DNA of 64,000 nucleotides. Source: Octopus sinensis. Lineage: Eukaryota. The DNA is taken from assembly GCF_006345805.1 (NCBI RefSeq), contig NC_042997.1, positions 64,418,001-64,482,000 on the forward strand. The letters are read 5' to 3'. A program made the translations under genes and the position numbers. Under the pieces are notes generated by a model that worked only from the letters and a program-made list of their open reading frames with translations, searched no databases and had not been told where the DNA came from. This document shows positions 11,761 through 24,190 of the stretch, piece after piece (within the stretch, counting starts at the first letter, position 1; every line of letters begins with the position of its first letter).

Positions 11761-11860
11761 CTTTTAGACGTTGCAACGTTTCTGTGTCATTAATGATTAA
11801 ATTAGCTTAATTAAATTAAATTAAGCCAATCTACCATAGGTTACACTTCATCAGTAAAAA
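11761..11860 (-). ncRNA. Type I hammerhead ribozyme, family B (minus arm)
   Basis: Reverse complement of the family B motif. TCATCAG at 11848-11854. Confidence 0.8.
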
Positions 11861-12689
11861 ACCTGGGAGAGACAAATATACACGAGGCGTCTGTATCGAT
11901 GCCTACGGAATATAGTCTTAAAATTTTCAAGACTGACGTATTCGCGCCAAACTTATCAGCGGTAAATATAAACTGCCGATTCAATCTCAGAATTATTCAG
12001 AGAATTATCAATTAGTCAATTTAGGGTAGCAAAAAAATTCAATAGAAATTTATCGCTACCAGCGGCCTGATGGAAAAGAGAAAATAGTCAACGACTAAAT
12101 ATATATATATAACAATTTAGGAGCGACCCTAACAGGTCATTCGTCCACCAGAAAGAGCAGCCATAACTCACACCGCCAAGTAGTAGTAATTCAGAAATAG
12201 GTGAAAATTTAAAAACATTTACCCCAATTCATCTTTTAGACGTTGCAACGTTTCTGTGTCATTAATGATTAAATTAGCTTAATTAAATTAAATTAAGCCA
12301 ATCTACCATAGGTTACACTTCATCAATGTAAATGTTTTTAAATTTTCACCTATTTCTGAATTACTACTACTTGGCGGTGTGAGTTATGGCTGCTCTTTCT
12401 GGTGGACGAATGACCTGTTAGGGTCACTCCTAAATTGTTATATATATATATTTAGTCGTTGACTATTTTCTCTTTTCCATCAGGCCGCTGGTAGCGATAA
12501 ATTTCTATTGAATTTTTTTGCTACCCTAAATTGACTAATTGATAATTTTCTGAATAATTCTGAGATTGAATCGGCAGTTTATATTTACCGCTGATAAGTT
12601 TGGCGCGAATACGTCAGTCTTGAAAATTTTAAGACTATATTCCGTAGGCATCGATACAGACGCCTCGTGTATATTTGTCTCTCCCAGGT

Positions 12690-12789
12690 TTTTTACTGAT
12701 GAAGTGTAACCTATGGTAGATTGGCTTAATTTAATTTAATTAAGCTAATTTAATCATTAATGACACAGAAACGTTGCAACGTCTAAAAG
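12690..12789 (+). ncRNA. Type I hammerhead ribozyme, family B
   Basis: UUUUUA-CUGAUGA-A-GUGU...ACAC-A-GAAA-CGUUGCAACG-UC/UAAAAG. Helix I UUUUUA:UAAAAG, palindromic helix III ACGUUGCAACGU, predicted cleavage after GUC at 12783. Confidence 0.82.
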
Positions 12790-13161
12790 ATGAATTGGGG
12801 TAAATGTTTTTAAATTTTCACCTATTTCTGAATTACTACTACTTGGCGGTGTGAGTTATGGCTGCTCTTTCTGGTGGACGAATGACCTGTTAGGGTCACT
12901 CCTAAATTGTTATATATATATATTTAGTCGTTGACTATTTTCTCTTTTCCATCAGGCCGCTGGTAGCGATAAATTTCTATTGAATTTTTTTGCTACCCTA
13001 AATTGACTAATTGATAATTTTCTGAATAATTCTGAGATTGAATCGGCAGTTTATATTTACCGCTGATAAGTTTGGCGCGAATACGTCAGTCTTGAAAATT
13101 TTAAGACTATATTCCGTAGGCATCGATACAGACGCCTCGTGTATATTTGTCTCTCCCAGGT

Positions 13162-13260
13162 TTTTTACTGATGAAGTGTAACCTATGGTAGATTGGCTTA
13201 ATTTAATTTAATTAAGCTATTTAATCATTAATGACACAGAAACGTTGCAACGTCTAAAAG
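13162..13260 (+). ncRNA. Type I hammerhead ribozyme, family B
   Basis: Same motif. Core at 13168, GUC ends at 13254. Confidence 0.8.
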
Positions 13261-13628
13261 ATGAATTGGGGTAAATGTTTTTAAATTTTCACCTATTTCT
13301 GAATTACTACTACTTGGCGGTGTGAGTTATGGCTGCTCTTTCTGGTGGACGAATGACCTGTTAGGGTCACTCCTAATTGTTATATATATATATTTAGTCG
13401 TTGACTATTTTCTCTTTTCCATCAGGCCGCTGGTAGCGATAAATTCTATTGAATTTTTTTGCTACCCTAAATTGACTAATGATAATTTTCTGAATAATTC
13501 TGAGATTGAATCGGCAGTTTATATTTACCGCTGATAAGTTTGGCGCGAATACGTCAGTCTTGAAAATTTTAAGACTATATTCCGTAGGCATCGATACAGA
13601 CGCCTCGTGTATATTTGTCTCTCCAGGT

Positions 13629-13726
13629 TTTTTACTGATGAAGTGTAACCTATGGTAGATTGGCTTAATTTATTAATTAAGCTAATTTAATCATTAATGA
13701 CACAGAAACGTTGCCACGTCTAAAAG
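13629..13726 (+). ncRNA. Type I hammerhead ribozyme, family B (helix III variant)
   Basis: Core at 13635. Helix III reads ACGTTGCCACGT, so one substitution breaks the palindrome. GUC ends at 13720. Confidence 0.7.
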
Positions 13727-14097
13727 ATGAATTGGGGTAAATGTTTTTAAATTTTCACCTATTTCTGAATTACTACTACTTGGCGGTGTGAGTTATGGCT
13801 GCTCTTTCTGGTGGACGAATGACCTGTTAGGGTCACTCCTAAATTGTTATATATATATATTTAGTCGTTGACTATTTTCTCTTTTCCATCAGGCCGCTGG
13901 TAGCGATAAATTTCTATTGAATTTTTTTGCTACCCTAAATTGACTAATTGATAATTTTCTGAATAATTCTGAGATTGAATCGGCAGTTTATATTTACCGC
14001 TGATAAGTTTGGCGCGAATACGTCAGTCTTGAAAATTTTAAGACTATATTCCGTAGGCATCGATACAGACGCCTCGTGTATATTGTCTCTCCCAGGT

Positions 14098-14197
14098 TTT
14101 TTACTGATGAAGTGTAACCTATGGTAGATTGGCTTAATTTAATTTAATTAAGCTAATTTAATCATTAATGACACAGAAACGTTGCAACGTCTAAAAG
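14098..14197 (+). ncRNA. Type I hammerhead ribozyme, family B
   Basis: Core at 14104, GUC ends at 14191. Confidence 0.8.
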
Positions 14198-14570
14198 ATG
14201 AATTGGGGTAAATGTTTTTAAATTTTCACCTATTTCTGAATTACTACTACTTGGCGGTGTGTGAGTTATGGCTGCTCTTTCTGGTGGACGAATGACCTGT
14301 TAGGGTCACTCCTAAATTGTTATATATATTATTTAGTCGTTGACTATTTTCTCTTTTCCATCAGGCCGCTGGTAGCGATAAATTTCTATTGAATTTTTTT
14401 GCTACCCTAAATTGACTAATTGATAATTTTCTGAATAATTCTGAGATTGAATCGGCAGTTTATATTTACCGCTGATAAGTTTGGCGCGAATACGTCAGTC
14501 TTGAAAATTTTAAGACTATATTCCGTAGGCATCGATACAGACGCCTCGTGTATATTTGTCTCTCCCAGGT

Positions 14571-14670
14571 TTTTTACTGATGAAGTGTAACCTATGGTAG
14601 ATTGGCTTAATTTAATTTAATTAAGCTAATTTAATCATTAATGACACAGAAACGTTGCAACGTCTAAAAG
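14571..14670 (+). ncRNA. Type I hammerhead ribozyme, family B
   Basis: Core at 14577, GUC ends at 14664. Confidence 0.8.
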
Positions 14671-14790
14671 ATGAATTGGGGTAAATGTTTTTAAATTTTC
14701 ACCTATTTCTGAATTACTACTACTTGGCGGTGTGAGTTATGGCTGCTCTTTCTGGTGGACGAATGACCTGTTAGGGTCACTCCTAAATTG

Positions 14791-14846
<56 letters not shown>

Positions 14847-15514
14847 GTCTAACATATACATATGTATACATATTCACTTATATATTTTCTACTACTAAGC
14901 ATTGCCCTGTCCAATCAACTAATCTATATTCCTAAATTCTTCATTCGATACTACTAACCCTCTCTCTGCCCCATCACGTAGACTCTATCACTACATAACT
15001 GACACTTATTTACTTTTTATACCCCTCTCTCTCTCTCTCTATCACCCTCATCTCCCCATTCCTACTTTTAAATTATCTTGACTGTCCACTAACTAGTACA
15101 CTTTCCCTTATTATCTCTCTCCTTTTTTCTTTTTTATTTTTTTCAAATTATTCTTTATTCCTCTCTCCCTGTTTTTCTTCTTTTTTTCTTTTTCTTCGCT
15201 ATTTTCCTGTTTTTTCTTTTTTTATTCCTCTCTTCCTGTTTTCGATTTCACCTTACAAATGCATTCCCTTTTGGGACACTTTAAATAAAACCCTTGATAC
15301 AATAGCACTGTGTAAAAACTCTATACTTGGAGTGACCAATTTAAAATACTATTGGATTTTATTCATAAGGTATTGGAATTTTATACGTATACCATTCTGC
15401 CTAAATAATCAATCTACAAATACAATATCCCTGCATATCTCACATCTATTTTCACTCCTCTACTTCACTCTCTATTTTCGCATCTTATCTGAATTAACTA
15501 TTGCTTAGCCATTT

Positions 15515-15560
15515 TCTCTGATGAAGGGATATAATAAATATCCTGGAAACAGCTGTAAGA
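15515..15560 (+). ncRNA. Solo type I hammerhead ribozyme (family C)
   Basis: UCU-CUGAUGA-A-GGGAUAU-AAUAA-AUAUCCU-G-GAAA-CAGCUG-UA/AGA. 7-bp helix II, palindromic helix III ACAGCUGU, GUA ends at 15557, 3-bp helix I. Confidence 0.72.
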
Positions 15561-16149
15561 CCATCTATGTATAAATGTTCTAAAATGTTCACAGCCTTGG
15601 TTTTTTTAAATCTCATTCTGAAAACAGAATTTATACATATATATGATATACATAAACCCGTTTTATATGCATGTCTCACTGGGTATGTTGGGACACTGCT
15701 TAGGAGGTTTTACTACAACAACTCAACCGCAGTAGTTATTTAAATATGGTATTTATGATGACAGTCCTTTTTCTGAACCATGAAACAAACTGAAACCTGT
15801 TGTCAAGTGGAAGGTGGTACTACAAACCCAAATTTAGAGCAACACGTTCACGCATACATAGATACATTCCGACACACGCACACTTGTACGTTACTAGACA
15901 TTTTCAGTTTCTATCAAACAAATTCACCGAAGTTGTTCGTCGTCCCGGAGGCTATAGTAGAATACACTCTTCTCAGGTGCTTCAAAGTGAGATAAAACCC
16001 CAAACCACGTAGTTATAAAAAGAGGAAAGGCAAAGCTGACCTTCATGTATAAAATGTACATGTAGCTATATATGCATACGATGTGTAAGTGTATATGTGG
16101 AGAGAAGAGTAAAGGGAATAATTAAGATCAACATCACAAATGGAGCAAA

Positions 16150-16400
16150 ATAGGATGACAAAGAAGAAGAAGAAGAAAGAAGAAGAAGAGAAGAAGAAGG
16201 AGAAGAAGAAGAAGAAGAAGAAGAAGAAGGAGAAGAAGAAGAAGAAGAAGAAGAAGAAGAAGAAATAGTGGTAGTAAAGGAAGAAGAAGAAGAAAAAGGA
16301 GAAGAAGAAAAAGGAGAAGAAGAAAAAGGAGAAGAAGAAAAAGGAGAAGAAGAAGGAGAGAAGAAGAAGAAATAGTACTAGTAGAGGAAGAAGAAGTAGA
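16150..16400. repeat. (GAA)n-rich purine microsatellite
   Basis: Direct reading of the sequence. Confidence 0.9.
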
Positions 16401-17888
16401 AGAAAAAGAAGGTTTTGGTTGTGGTTGTGGTGTTGTAGTTGTGGTGGTGATGGTTGTGGTGGTGATGGCGGTCGTGTTGATCTTAATTAGGATGATGATG
16501 GTGATGATGAAAATGTGGAGGAGGTTATGTGGCAGGTGACAGCTGAACATGACAAAGACATGATGGCAGAATCTCCAACTAACAATGAGAAAATTGGTAG
16601 TGATGTTGTAAGATTTGAAAGTATGGCATACACAGGAATTCTAATCGTAACTGGAGGTTAAATCTCTAATTCATCACCATATAATTACTTGTAGTTTGCT
16701 TCTGAATGGCTAACAGAACAACGCTGCATAATAGTTGATGAACAGTAAAGTTATTTTATGTAGAGCATATTTAGATGCAAATTAGAAGTAATTATTACAC
16801 AGTGAAGAAAGAAACAATGTTTTTCAATAACTAATATTTTAATTATTTGCGGAAGTAGAGGAGATATAAGTGGAGATGTAATGTCTTTATTGGTATAATG
16901 GAAATATAATTATGGAAGGATTTTTATGTACAGCTTTGTGCACAGATATGAGTAGTAAAAACTCTTGCAGTATTTAAATAATAAATAACATATTTGCAGA
17001 TATAATATATCACTAACGCATAGACCCTGCCAATCTGTACTTAATACGGCTTTGAATCCTGTTTAAATGTCGACACACCTATGATATATATGTAGCTTAT
17101 TTTAAAATATCTTTTACACATTTACATATTTTAGTCACTAGTAATTTGAGTTCATAAAGTTAAATACTTTTTACTGCAGTATATTATCGATCTTAACGTA
17201 CTCACTTTCAATGGTGGGGTGATGGTTAAAACATTATATAGAGGATGGGCGCCAAACGTACGATGCAAGTTTAATCATATACATCCTCAGCAACATACAA
17301 TCCTGTATTTCAATCACTAAAACCCTATATTTAAGTAATTGTTAGAAATTGGGTTATTAAACGATTCCAGTACTTCAATGACAATCAATCGACCCCGGTT
17401 ACTCTCTACTGGCTTTGTGTTTAAATCAGAAACTATACATAGAGGTGATAGATTATTTTAGCTACTGTGAACCAACACTAACTTTTTGACCGATAAAAGC
17501 ATGGATACTTCTAAATTAAAAGATATCTGCCATTTAGGGATGGCAATGTATCTGCAGTCGTATCAAGTGTAAAGCTTGATCAATGCTTTCTGGGAATACT
17601 CATGTATTTAAATCTCTATCCCATCGACGGTTTCCAAGGTTAATAAAGATCGGTACAATTGTGATTACAAGATGCAAAGTGTCTTAACTTTTCTCTAATT
17701 CTTCGCAATATTTATGATATGACTGAAATGTGAAGCGGACTTCGGTGAGATCTTAAATTAGAGAAAGAAAATAATTCGAAACATATTGCAATGGTCCCAA
17801 ACGATTCTGCCAAACTATAACGTTACACATACATACAGAAATATTTCTATTGAGGGGACTGTCACATTAATATGAACAAAATACCATC

Positions 17889-17925
<37 letters not shown>

Positions 17926-17931
<6 letters not shown>

Positions 17932-18236
17932 ACCACGTGATCAGGTGACCGACCAGACCATCAGATGTTGCTACACATTGCTGGTCACAATGCGTTCGCA
18001 TTGTTTTAGCCTTCGAATGACGCCACCTCGCTGGCTAAGCGAGCCGGCCAACAGAAGAAAGAGTGAGAAAAAGTTGTGGTGAAAGAGTACAGCAGGGATC
18101 ACCACCCCCTGCCGGAGCCTCGTGCAGTTTTTAGGTGTTTTCGCTCAATAAACACTCATAACGTCCGGTCTGAGAATCGTAACCGCGATCCTACGACCGC
18201 GAGTCCGCTGCCTAACCACTGGGCTATTGCGCCTCC
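17926..18236 (-). mobile_element. tRNA-derived SINE (octopus OR-like family)
   Basis: Minus-strand head GGAGGCGCAATAGCCCAGTGGTTAGGCAGCGGACTCGCGGTCGTAGGATCGCGGTTACGATTCTC has tRNA A and B boxes, followed by a non-tRNA body. Confidence 0.85.
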
Positions 18237-18246
18237 ACACACACAT

Positions 18247-18247
18247 A

Positions 18248-18283
<36 letters not shown>

Positions 18284-18380
18284 TGTATGTATGTATGTAT
18301 GTATGTATGTATGTATGTATGTATGTATGTATGTATGTATGTATGTATGTATGTATGTATGTATGTATGTTTGTATGTAT
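18247..18380. repeat. (TATG)n microsatellite
   Basis: Direct reading of the sequence. Confidence 0.95.
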
Positions 18381-18451
18381 GCATATATATATGTATTTGT
18401 ATGTATATATAAATTATGAGTGTGCGAGTGTGCGTGTTTTTAAGTGTGTGA

Positions 18452-18770
18452 TGGTGCGTGGTTTAGTGGTTAGACCTTTCGGCACACGACCATAGGGTCG
18501 TGAATTCAATTTCCTATGACGCGCTATATCCTTGAGCAAGACACTTTATTTCACGTCGTTCTCGTTCATTCCTGTAAAATTATGAGTAACACCTGTATTT
18601 CAAAGGGCCCAGTCTTGTCACATTTCGTGTCACGCTGAATCTCACTAAGAACGACGTTAAAGGTACACATTTCCGTGGAATGCTCAGCCACCTACGCGTT
18701 AAGCTCACGAGTTGGTTGTTCCGTTGATCGGATCAGGTGGAACCCTCGCCGTCGTAACCGATAGAGTTCC
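18452..18770 (+). mobile_element. tRNA-derived SINE, diverged copy
   Basis: A-box TGGTTTAGTGG, B-box-like GAATTCAATTTCC, central TCCTTGAGCAAGACACTTT, and 3' body CCTGTATTTCAAAGGGCC...GGAACCCTCGCCGTCGTAACCG. Confidence 0.75.
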
Positions 18771-20912
18771 AGTTTATATATGTGTGTGTGTATGTGTGTC
18801 TGAGTGTGTGTGAATGTATGTATCTATGTAGTATATATATATATATTATTTGTGTGGGTGTTTGTGAATGTGTGTGTGTGTGAATATGCATATGCGTATG
18901 TGTAAACACACAAGTGTCAATGACTTACCCAGGGTTTCTCTCAGTCAAACTCTATCCACAACGTGTTGATCAAATCAACAACAGATTTAACAACAATTTC
19001 GCAATAACTCAGTCAGTAAAATTTAAAACTGTAAATAAGTGTTGCGAAGCGACTTCTGAAATACATAGTAATCCTGGCCCATAACTATAAATCTTGAAAT
19101 AAATGCTACATATTGACATTTGTTCTGTCTTTATTTACTTATCAGTATTTGTATTTCAAACTCTGCCTATGAATGCACATAATCTTATTTATCACCTTTT
19201 TGTATTGTGCAGTTATTCAATATAAATTTCACGGCTAAAAGATGTATCTTTTAAATTTCAATCATCAGCATGACAGTAAAAACGCACATCCTGATTAGAT
19301 TAAAAAAATGCACTGACCTAAATTCCAATTCAGATACTTTCACAATTTATATGCAATTTGACAAGTTACTGCATTTGAACCGGAAGACATCTTCCTCATC
19401 TAATTTGAGAAGGAGTTCAATGAACTTCATCCTTTCTCTCGAATATGATTAACACCGTAAGGTATAGTTTTCTTGTGATGTAAACAATCAAACTTAAAAA
19501 CATTCTTCATGAACGGTCTTATTCCCGTCTGCTTAGCATGATGCTAGATGGGTTCTTGTTTTTCTCGTTTTTTTTTATGCCTCGATTTTCTCACCGAGTA
19601 GATAGCTATTTGAACCGTGCATGGTACACGGTACAAAGCGGCTAGGTTATTGCATTATCCAAGCATGAAACTTGAAAAAGTCCATCTATAACACCTCTAT
19701 TCATTATACATACCTATATAAATATATATATGTTCATGTCAGTGATGTACTGAGAACAGCTGTGTATATTGTATTTTTTCGTTTTTATTGTCTTACATCG
19801 CGTAGTGAGCATAACGGTGTTGTTACAGAATAACAATAAATCTAAGTGTATTTTCTTATAATCTGTAGCCGTCTGCCTATTCACATCAACAAATTAAACG
19901 CATTAGTGTAGATCAAGACTTATAACTTTTTTCTTTTTGTTTTTGCAATTGTTATAGTGACATAAATATATCTGTATGTTTATTTTTTTCTTTTTTGCCT
20001 GTTATTTTTTAATTTCCAATTCGATAAGAAGCACTTGTTAGCATTTATTACTGATAATCGACAACAATTGTATTCTTTCTTTTCGCTATTATTGCATTTC
20101 AGGATTTCTATTCATGCTACTACGTTCAATATTGTTGTCATTTTAGTTTTCGCTATTGTTGCTCTCCCTGTAATTGAAAGAAGACCTCAAAATTAAAACT
20201 AATAATGCGCATCAGTGATCACTTCCTTTGTGCTATGAAGAGATACTTAGGTAAATAAATGCTTTCAAATTCGAATTATGTTCAACTCCAAAGCAGACAA
20301 CTCCGATGAATGTTTAATGATACAGAAATTCTTATATATATATATATATATAATTAGTAATTCGTGATTGTCATTAAACCTTTAGAATATTGCAAAGGGA
20401 ACGGACGGGAGAGGGCAGAACTTGTAAAAATAGTAGATTAATAGATTGGTGTATGTACAAGGATAAAAATAAATTAAAATGGTGTGGCAACTCAATTAAT
20501 ATACACATAAAATATTCTGCCGAAATGTATCACTTTTTTGATAGCGCTAACTTTTGCGTTCCAAACAAAAGAACGAAATGAATTTTCAACCAAACTAGTT
20601 TATATTTTATCAATTAAAATCTGGAAATCCCATAAACTATTTGTGTTATATTCAGTTTTATGGTATATTTAATTTTAAACGATTACAATTTGTAATATTG
20701 CTATTTGTAACACGAAAATTTTGAAAATAAATGGAAAACAAAATAATTTATTTTATATACATGTGTGGGTTTATGTGTATGCGTGTATGTGTTTATGTGT
20801 AGGTGTGTATGTGCGTATGTGGTTGTGTGTATATATATACATATAATGTATATATATATAATATATGTATATATATATACATACATATATATGTATATAT
20901 ATATATACATAC

Positions 20913-20994
<82 letters not shown>

Positions 20995-21776
20995 CATACT
21001 TACATATATATGTATATGTGTGTGTGCGTGTGTGTCGAAATAAATAAATGCTTTGGATTTATTTATTTATTTCGACACACACGCACACACACATATACAT
21101 ATGTCTACTACTCTTATGCAGGATTATACTTTCGGAGTTTCAGGCTTTTAAGGAGAGTTTAGGAAATTGTTTCTTCTAATTAATCATTAATGTTCTTTGC
21201 AAAATTTCTTTAAGGCAACTCATTCCATCTTGTGCCATTCATATTATTAGCCCAATTACGTGGCATGAAATATAACTTTGGGTGAGAAGTATTATGAAGA
21301 ACAGATCTCCATGAGAATAATCACTTACAAAATGATATATTATAACACATAATTAAATTTAATATTATCCCAATTACGTCGTGTATCAATTATAGAATTA
21401 CAATCTCTGTTTATGTCCTTCAAATAAAAATATAGTAAATATTGAGATACCGGTTATAGAGCAACTAATAACAAGGATGTATATACGATGTTTATTAATT
21501 TATAATGGCCTCGTACTATATATTTGGGCATAATACATAATTATCAGTGATTAATTTAATGACAATTAACAATAAGTTCAGCTAATTTCTACTTGATAAG
21601 CAAGTCAACTGAGAAGCATTGACATGTTTGAAATAACTGTTGAAATATCATTACACTATTTCTTCAAAAAAACCTAAAATAAAATATTGCAGTTTTGAAA
21701 ATACCGTTGACCAATAAGACGTGGACGCGTTAGTTACAGACGTGCTGTCAGGAATCTAAATCAAATTAAAATACTG

Positions 21777-21779
<3 letters not shown>

Positions 21780-21852
<73 letters not shown>

Positions 21853-21890
21853 AATAAATAAAAAAATAATAATAATAATAATAATACTAT
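21780..21890. repeat. (CTA)n and (AAT)n microsatellite
   Basis: Direct reading of the sequence. Confidence 0.9.
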
Positions 21891-22980
21891 TCTGCTGCAA
21901 ATGCTAATCCTATTGTCACTGCTACTTCTACCGCTAATACTTCTATTACTGTTGATATAGAATCTAATTCAGATACACAGCTGCAAAGCTGTGTTTCATT
22001 AGTTTAAAATGGTTCCCTTGATACATCTTTTTAACAGGTCTAGAAACAGCGTACCATGTACAACTGAGAAACAAAGTTACAATTTACAGGAAAGATAGTT
22101 CATTTGTTTAATGTGAATATTCTATAAAAAATTTATGTATTTTCTTCAGAACTATGCTAAAGTTTTAAAACCACGATTCCTTTCGCTGTTCAAATATTCC
22201 ATTGCCATCAGGGAATGGGATATCTGAACAGAAGATTTAAACCTGGTTAAAAAATAACATAAAAGATATATCCACAATTTCAGAATTTATTACATAGTGC
22301 CTAGCAGTGAACGATAACCTTTGACGCAGTAGTTAAGAACTTGAGTAATTGTGATGTCAAGTTACCATATTGAGCACTGGTGGTGGTGGGGTTTATTGTA
22401 ATCAACTTACACTCTTCCCCCAAATTGCTGACGTCATGCGAAAAAATTTGAATCGAATATATGTAGAGTGTTCAATTCAAGATGTTCTAAACTAACGAAA
22501 AAGTTTTCATATTAGCATCCATAGTTATATATATATATATATATGAAATGTAAATAAGTAGACATGATATAGACATAAAATTGTATATATTATCAAAATT
22601 GTAAAATGCGACATTCCAATACAATTTTTTGAAATTGGCAGGGGAAAAGGTACAGAGAATAAGAAGAACAGCCAACAATTACTTTCCGAATAAACAGCAC
22701 GTTTTCTTTGTAATTTTGGTTCTTGTTGTAAAGCAATTCCGCGTTTTTTTTTTCGTCGAAGATGTTATATCTTCATATGAATTTACACACACAGGTACAT
22801 ACAGTAGCGGTCATAATATATGAGTCAGTAAAAACAAGTATATTCAAATATTTATTAGAGTGTAAAACATTGAGCCTAGATATTTTACACATACTTAGAT
22901 ATAACTAATATTTACCTTTCGTGAAAATATCAAGTGAATGGAATAACTATTTCGTAATCTTCCAAATAATCTTCCAAACC

Positions 22981-24190
22981 GCAACGGCCAAAATTTAAGG
23001 GTCACTTAAACAATGAAAGACAATGAAAACTGGAGCAAGAACAAAAAAGAAATACTATTAATATTTTGTGAAAATCTTTTTACTATTAATGTCCTCCTAA
23101 CAGCTGTTATCACCGGACTGAATTAATTTCTTGCAACATGATGGACAGAAATTGTTCCATTCATTTTTCAATAATTCCCAGAGTTCATTTTAGTTCTTTG
23201 GATTTCTCCTTCGTGTCCCATCTACAAGAATCTGCCAAACGTTTTCTATAGGTTTGAGATCGGGATTTTGAAGTGGCAAGTCCCTAAGATCAACCCCTTC
23301 ATCACTCAAAATACTTTGACTCTCATCGCACTGTGACAGGGAGCATTGTTCTGCACGAAGGGAGGTTGAATTGACGCGGATCGGAGATGTGGAAAGGCAT
23401 ACTGTCTACTAATCTGCTTGTAGATTTCAATATTCACAGTCCTTTGTAGGCAAATTAAAGGACCAAGACCAGAATCAGGGATCACACTCTGTACCATTAC
23501 ACTGCCTCCTCCATATATCACTATCTTCTTCACATATGCACGAGATAACCATTCAACACTTCTTCCTCGGACGTACATCCCGCCATCGGAACCAATCACA
23601 TTAAACTTCGATTCATCACTAAAACGAACCTGTGATCACTGTTCTTCAGTCCAAACGACATGCACGTGAGCGAAATTATGACGCGCTCTCTGAGTCTCCT
23701 TCGAGATCGGCGGTTTCCTTGAAGGTACCCGGAGAAGCAACCTAGAACTTAGTAGCCACCGAGAAACTGTTTTGTGCTATACATTGACGTCGAAAGTGGA
23801 ACTAAACTTGTGGGATATCTTCACAGCACTCATAAACCTATCCTCCAGTGATATTCTAACCATAATACGATCCTGTCTTGGTGAAGTTTTACGAGGTCTA
23901 CCGGCTTGGGGATTTAGCATCAGTCGATTCTGATGACTTAAAAGGAATTACAATTCGTTGCACGGCACTGTTAGACCTTCCCGCACTTGTTGCTATCACA
24001 GAATGTTGTGTGAAGGCAAACAACCCTTTGTTTTTTATCACAGGACACCGGTTGTCTCTCACAAGCTGCCATGTTGACAGTTGAATGTTCCAGTAATGTA
24101 CGATCATAAGAAGTAACCGTTAGCCAATTAAAAGTCTTCTAAACAACAAATCATTTTTTTCTAAGTGACATTTAATATTTAGGCGCTGCA
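22981..24190 (-). mobile_element. Degenerate Tc1-like (DD34E) transposon
   Basis: Minus-strand motifs 'VRFSDESKFNVIGSDG', 'YGGGSVMV', 'FVQNNAPCH', 'PLQNPDLKPIENVW'. Imperfect TIRs at 22981-23009 and 24162-24190. Confidence 0.85.

Larger units (their letters stand above)
11539..14800. repeat. Array B: ~472-bp tandem units each carrying a hammerhead ribozyme, with an internal inversion
   Basis: Minus-sense arm 11539-12325 (~1.7 units) and plus-sense arm 12328-14800 (~5.2 units). CTGATGA at 12696, 13168, 13635, 14104 and 14577. (TA)n on both sides and a short (TA) run inside each unit. Confidence 0.95.

Noticed and set aside
11539-14800. Interpretation as CRISPR array, plain satellite or protein repeat
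   Set aside because: There are no spacers. The short ORFs in the units are not kept between copies. The conserved ribozyme core explains the structure better.
15908-15976. 69-nt candidate exon
   Set aside because: Weak donor (GTGCTT), no recognisable peptide and no compatible neighbouring exon.
16134-16550. 138-aa poly-Leu/Thr ORF, and similar poly-N/I/Y ORFs at 47286-47653, 48631-49125 and 52580-53148
   Set aside because: They are trinucleotide repeat read-through of (GAA)n and (AAT)n.
17926-18770. tRNA genes
   Set aside because: The tRNA-like heads continue into SINE bodies and lack a complete cloverleaf and acceptor stem. No true tRNA or rRNA gene was seen in the window.
19215-19270. 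Minus-strand CTGATGA...GAAA
   Set aside because: No helix II closure and no helix I or III pairing.
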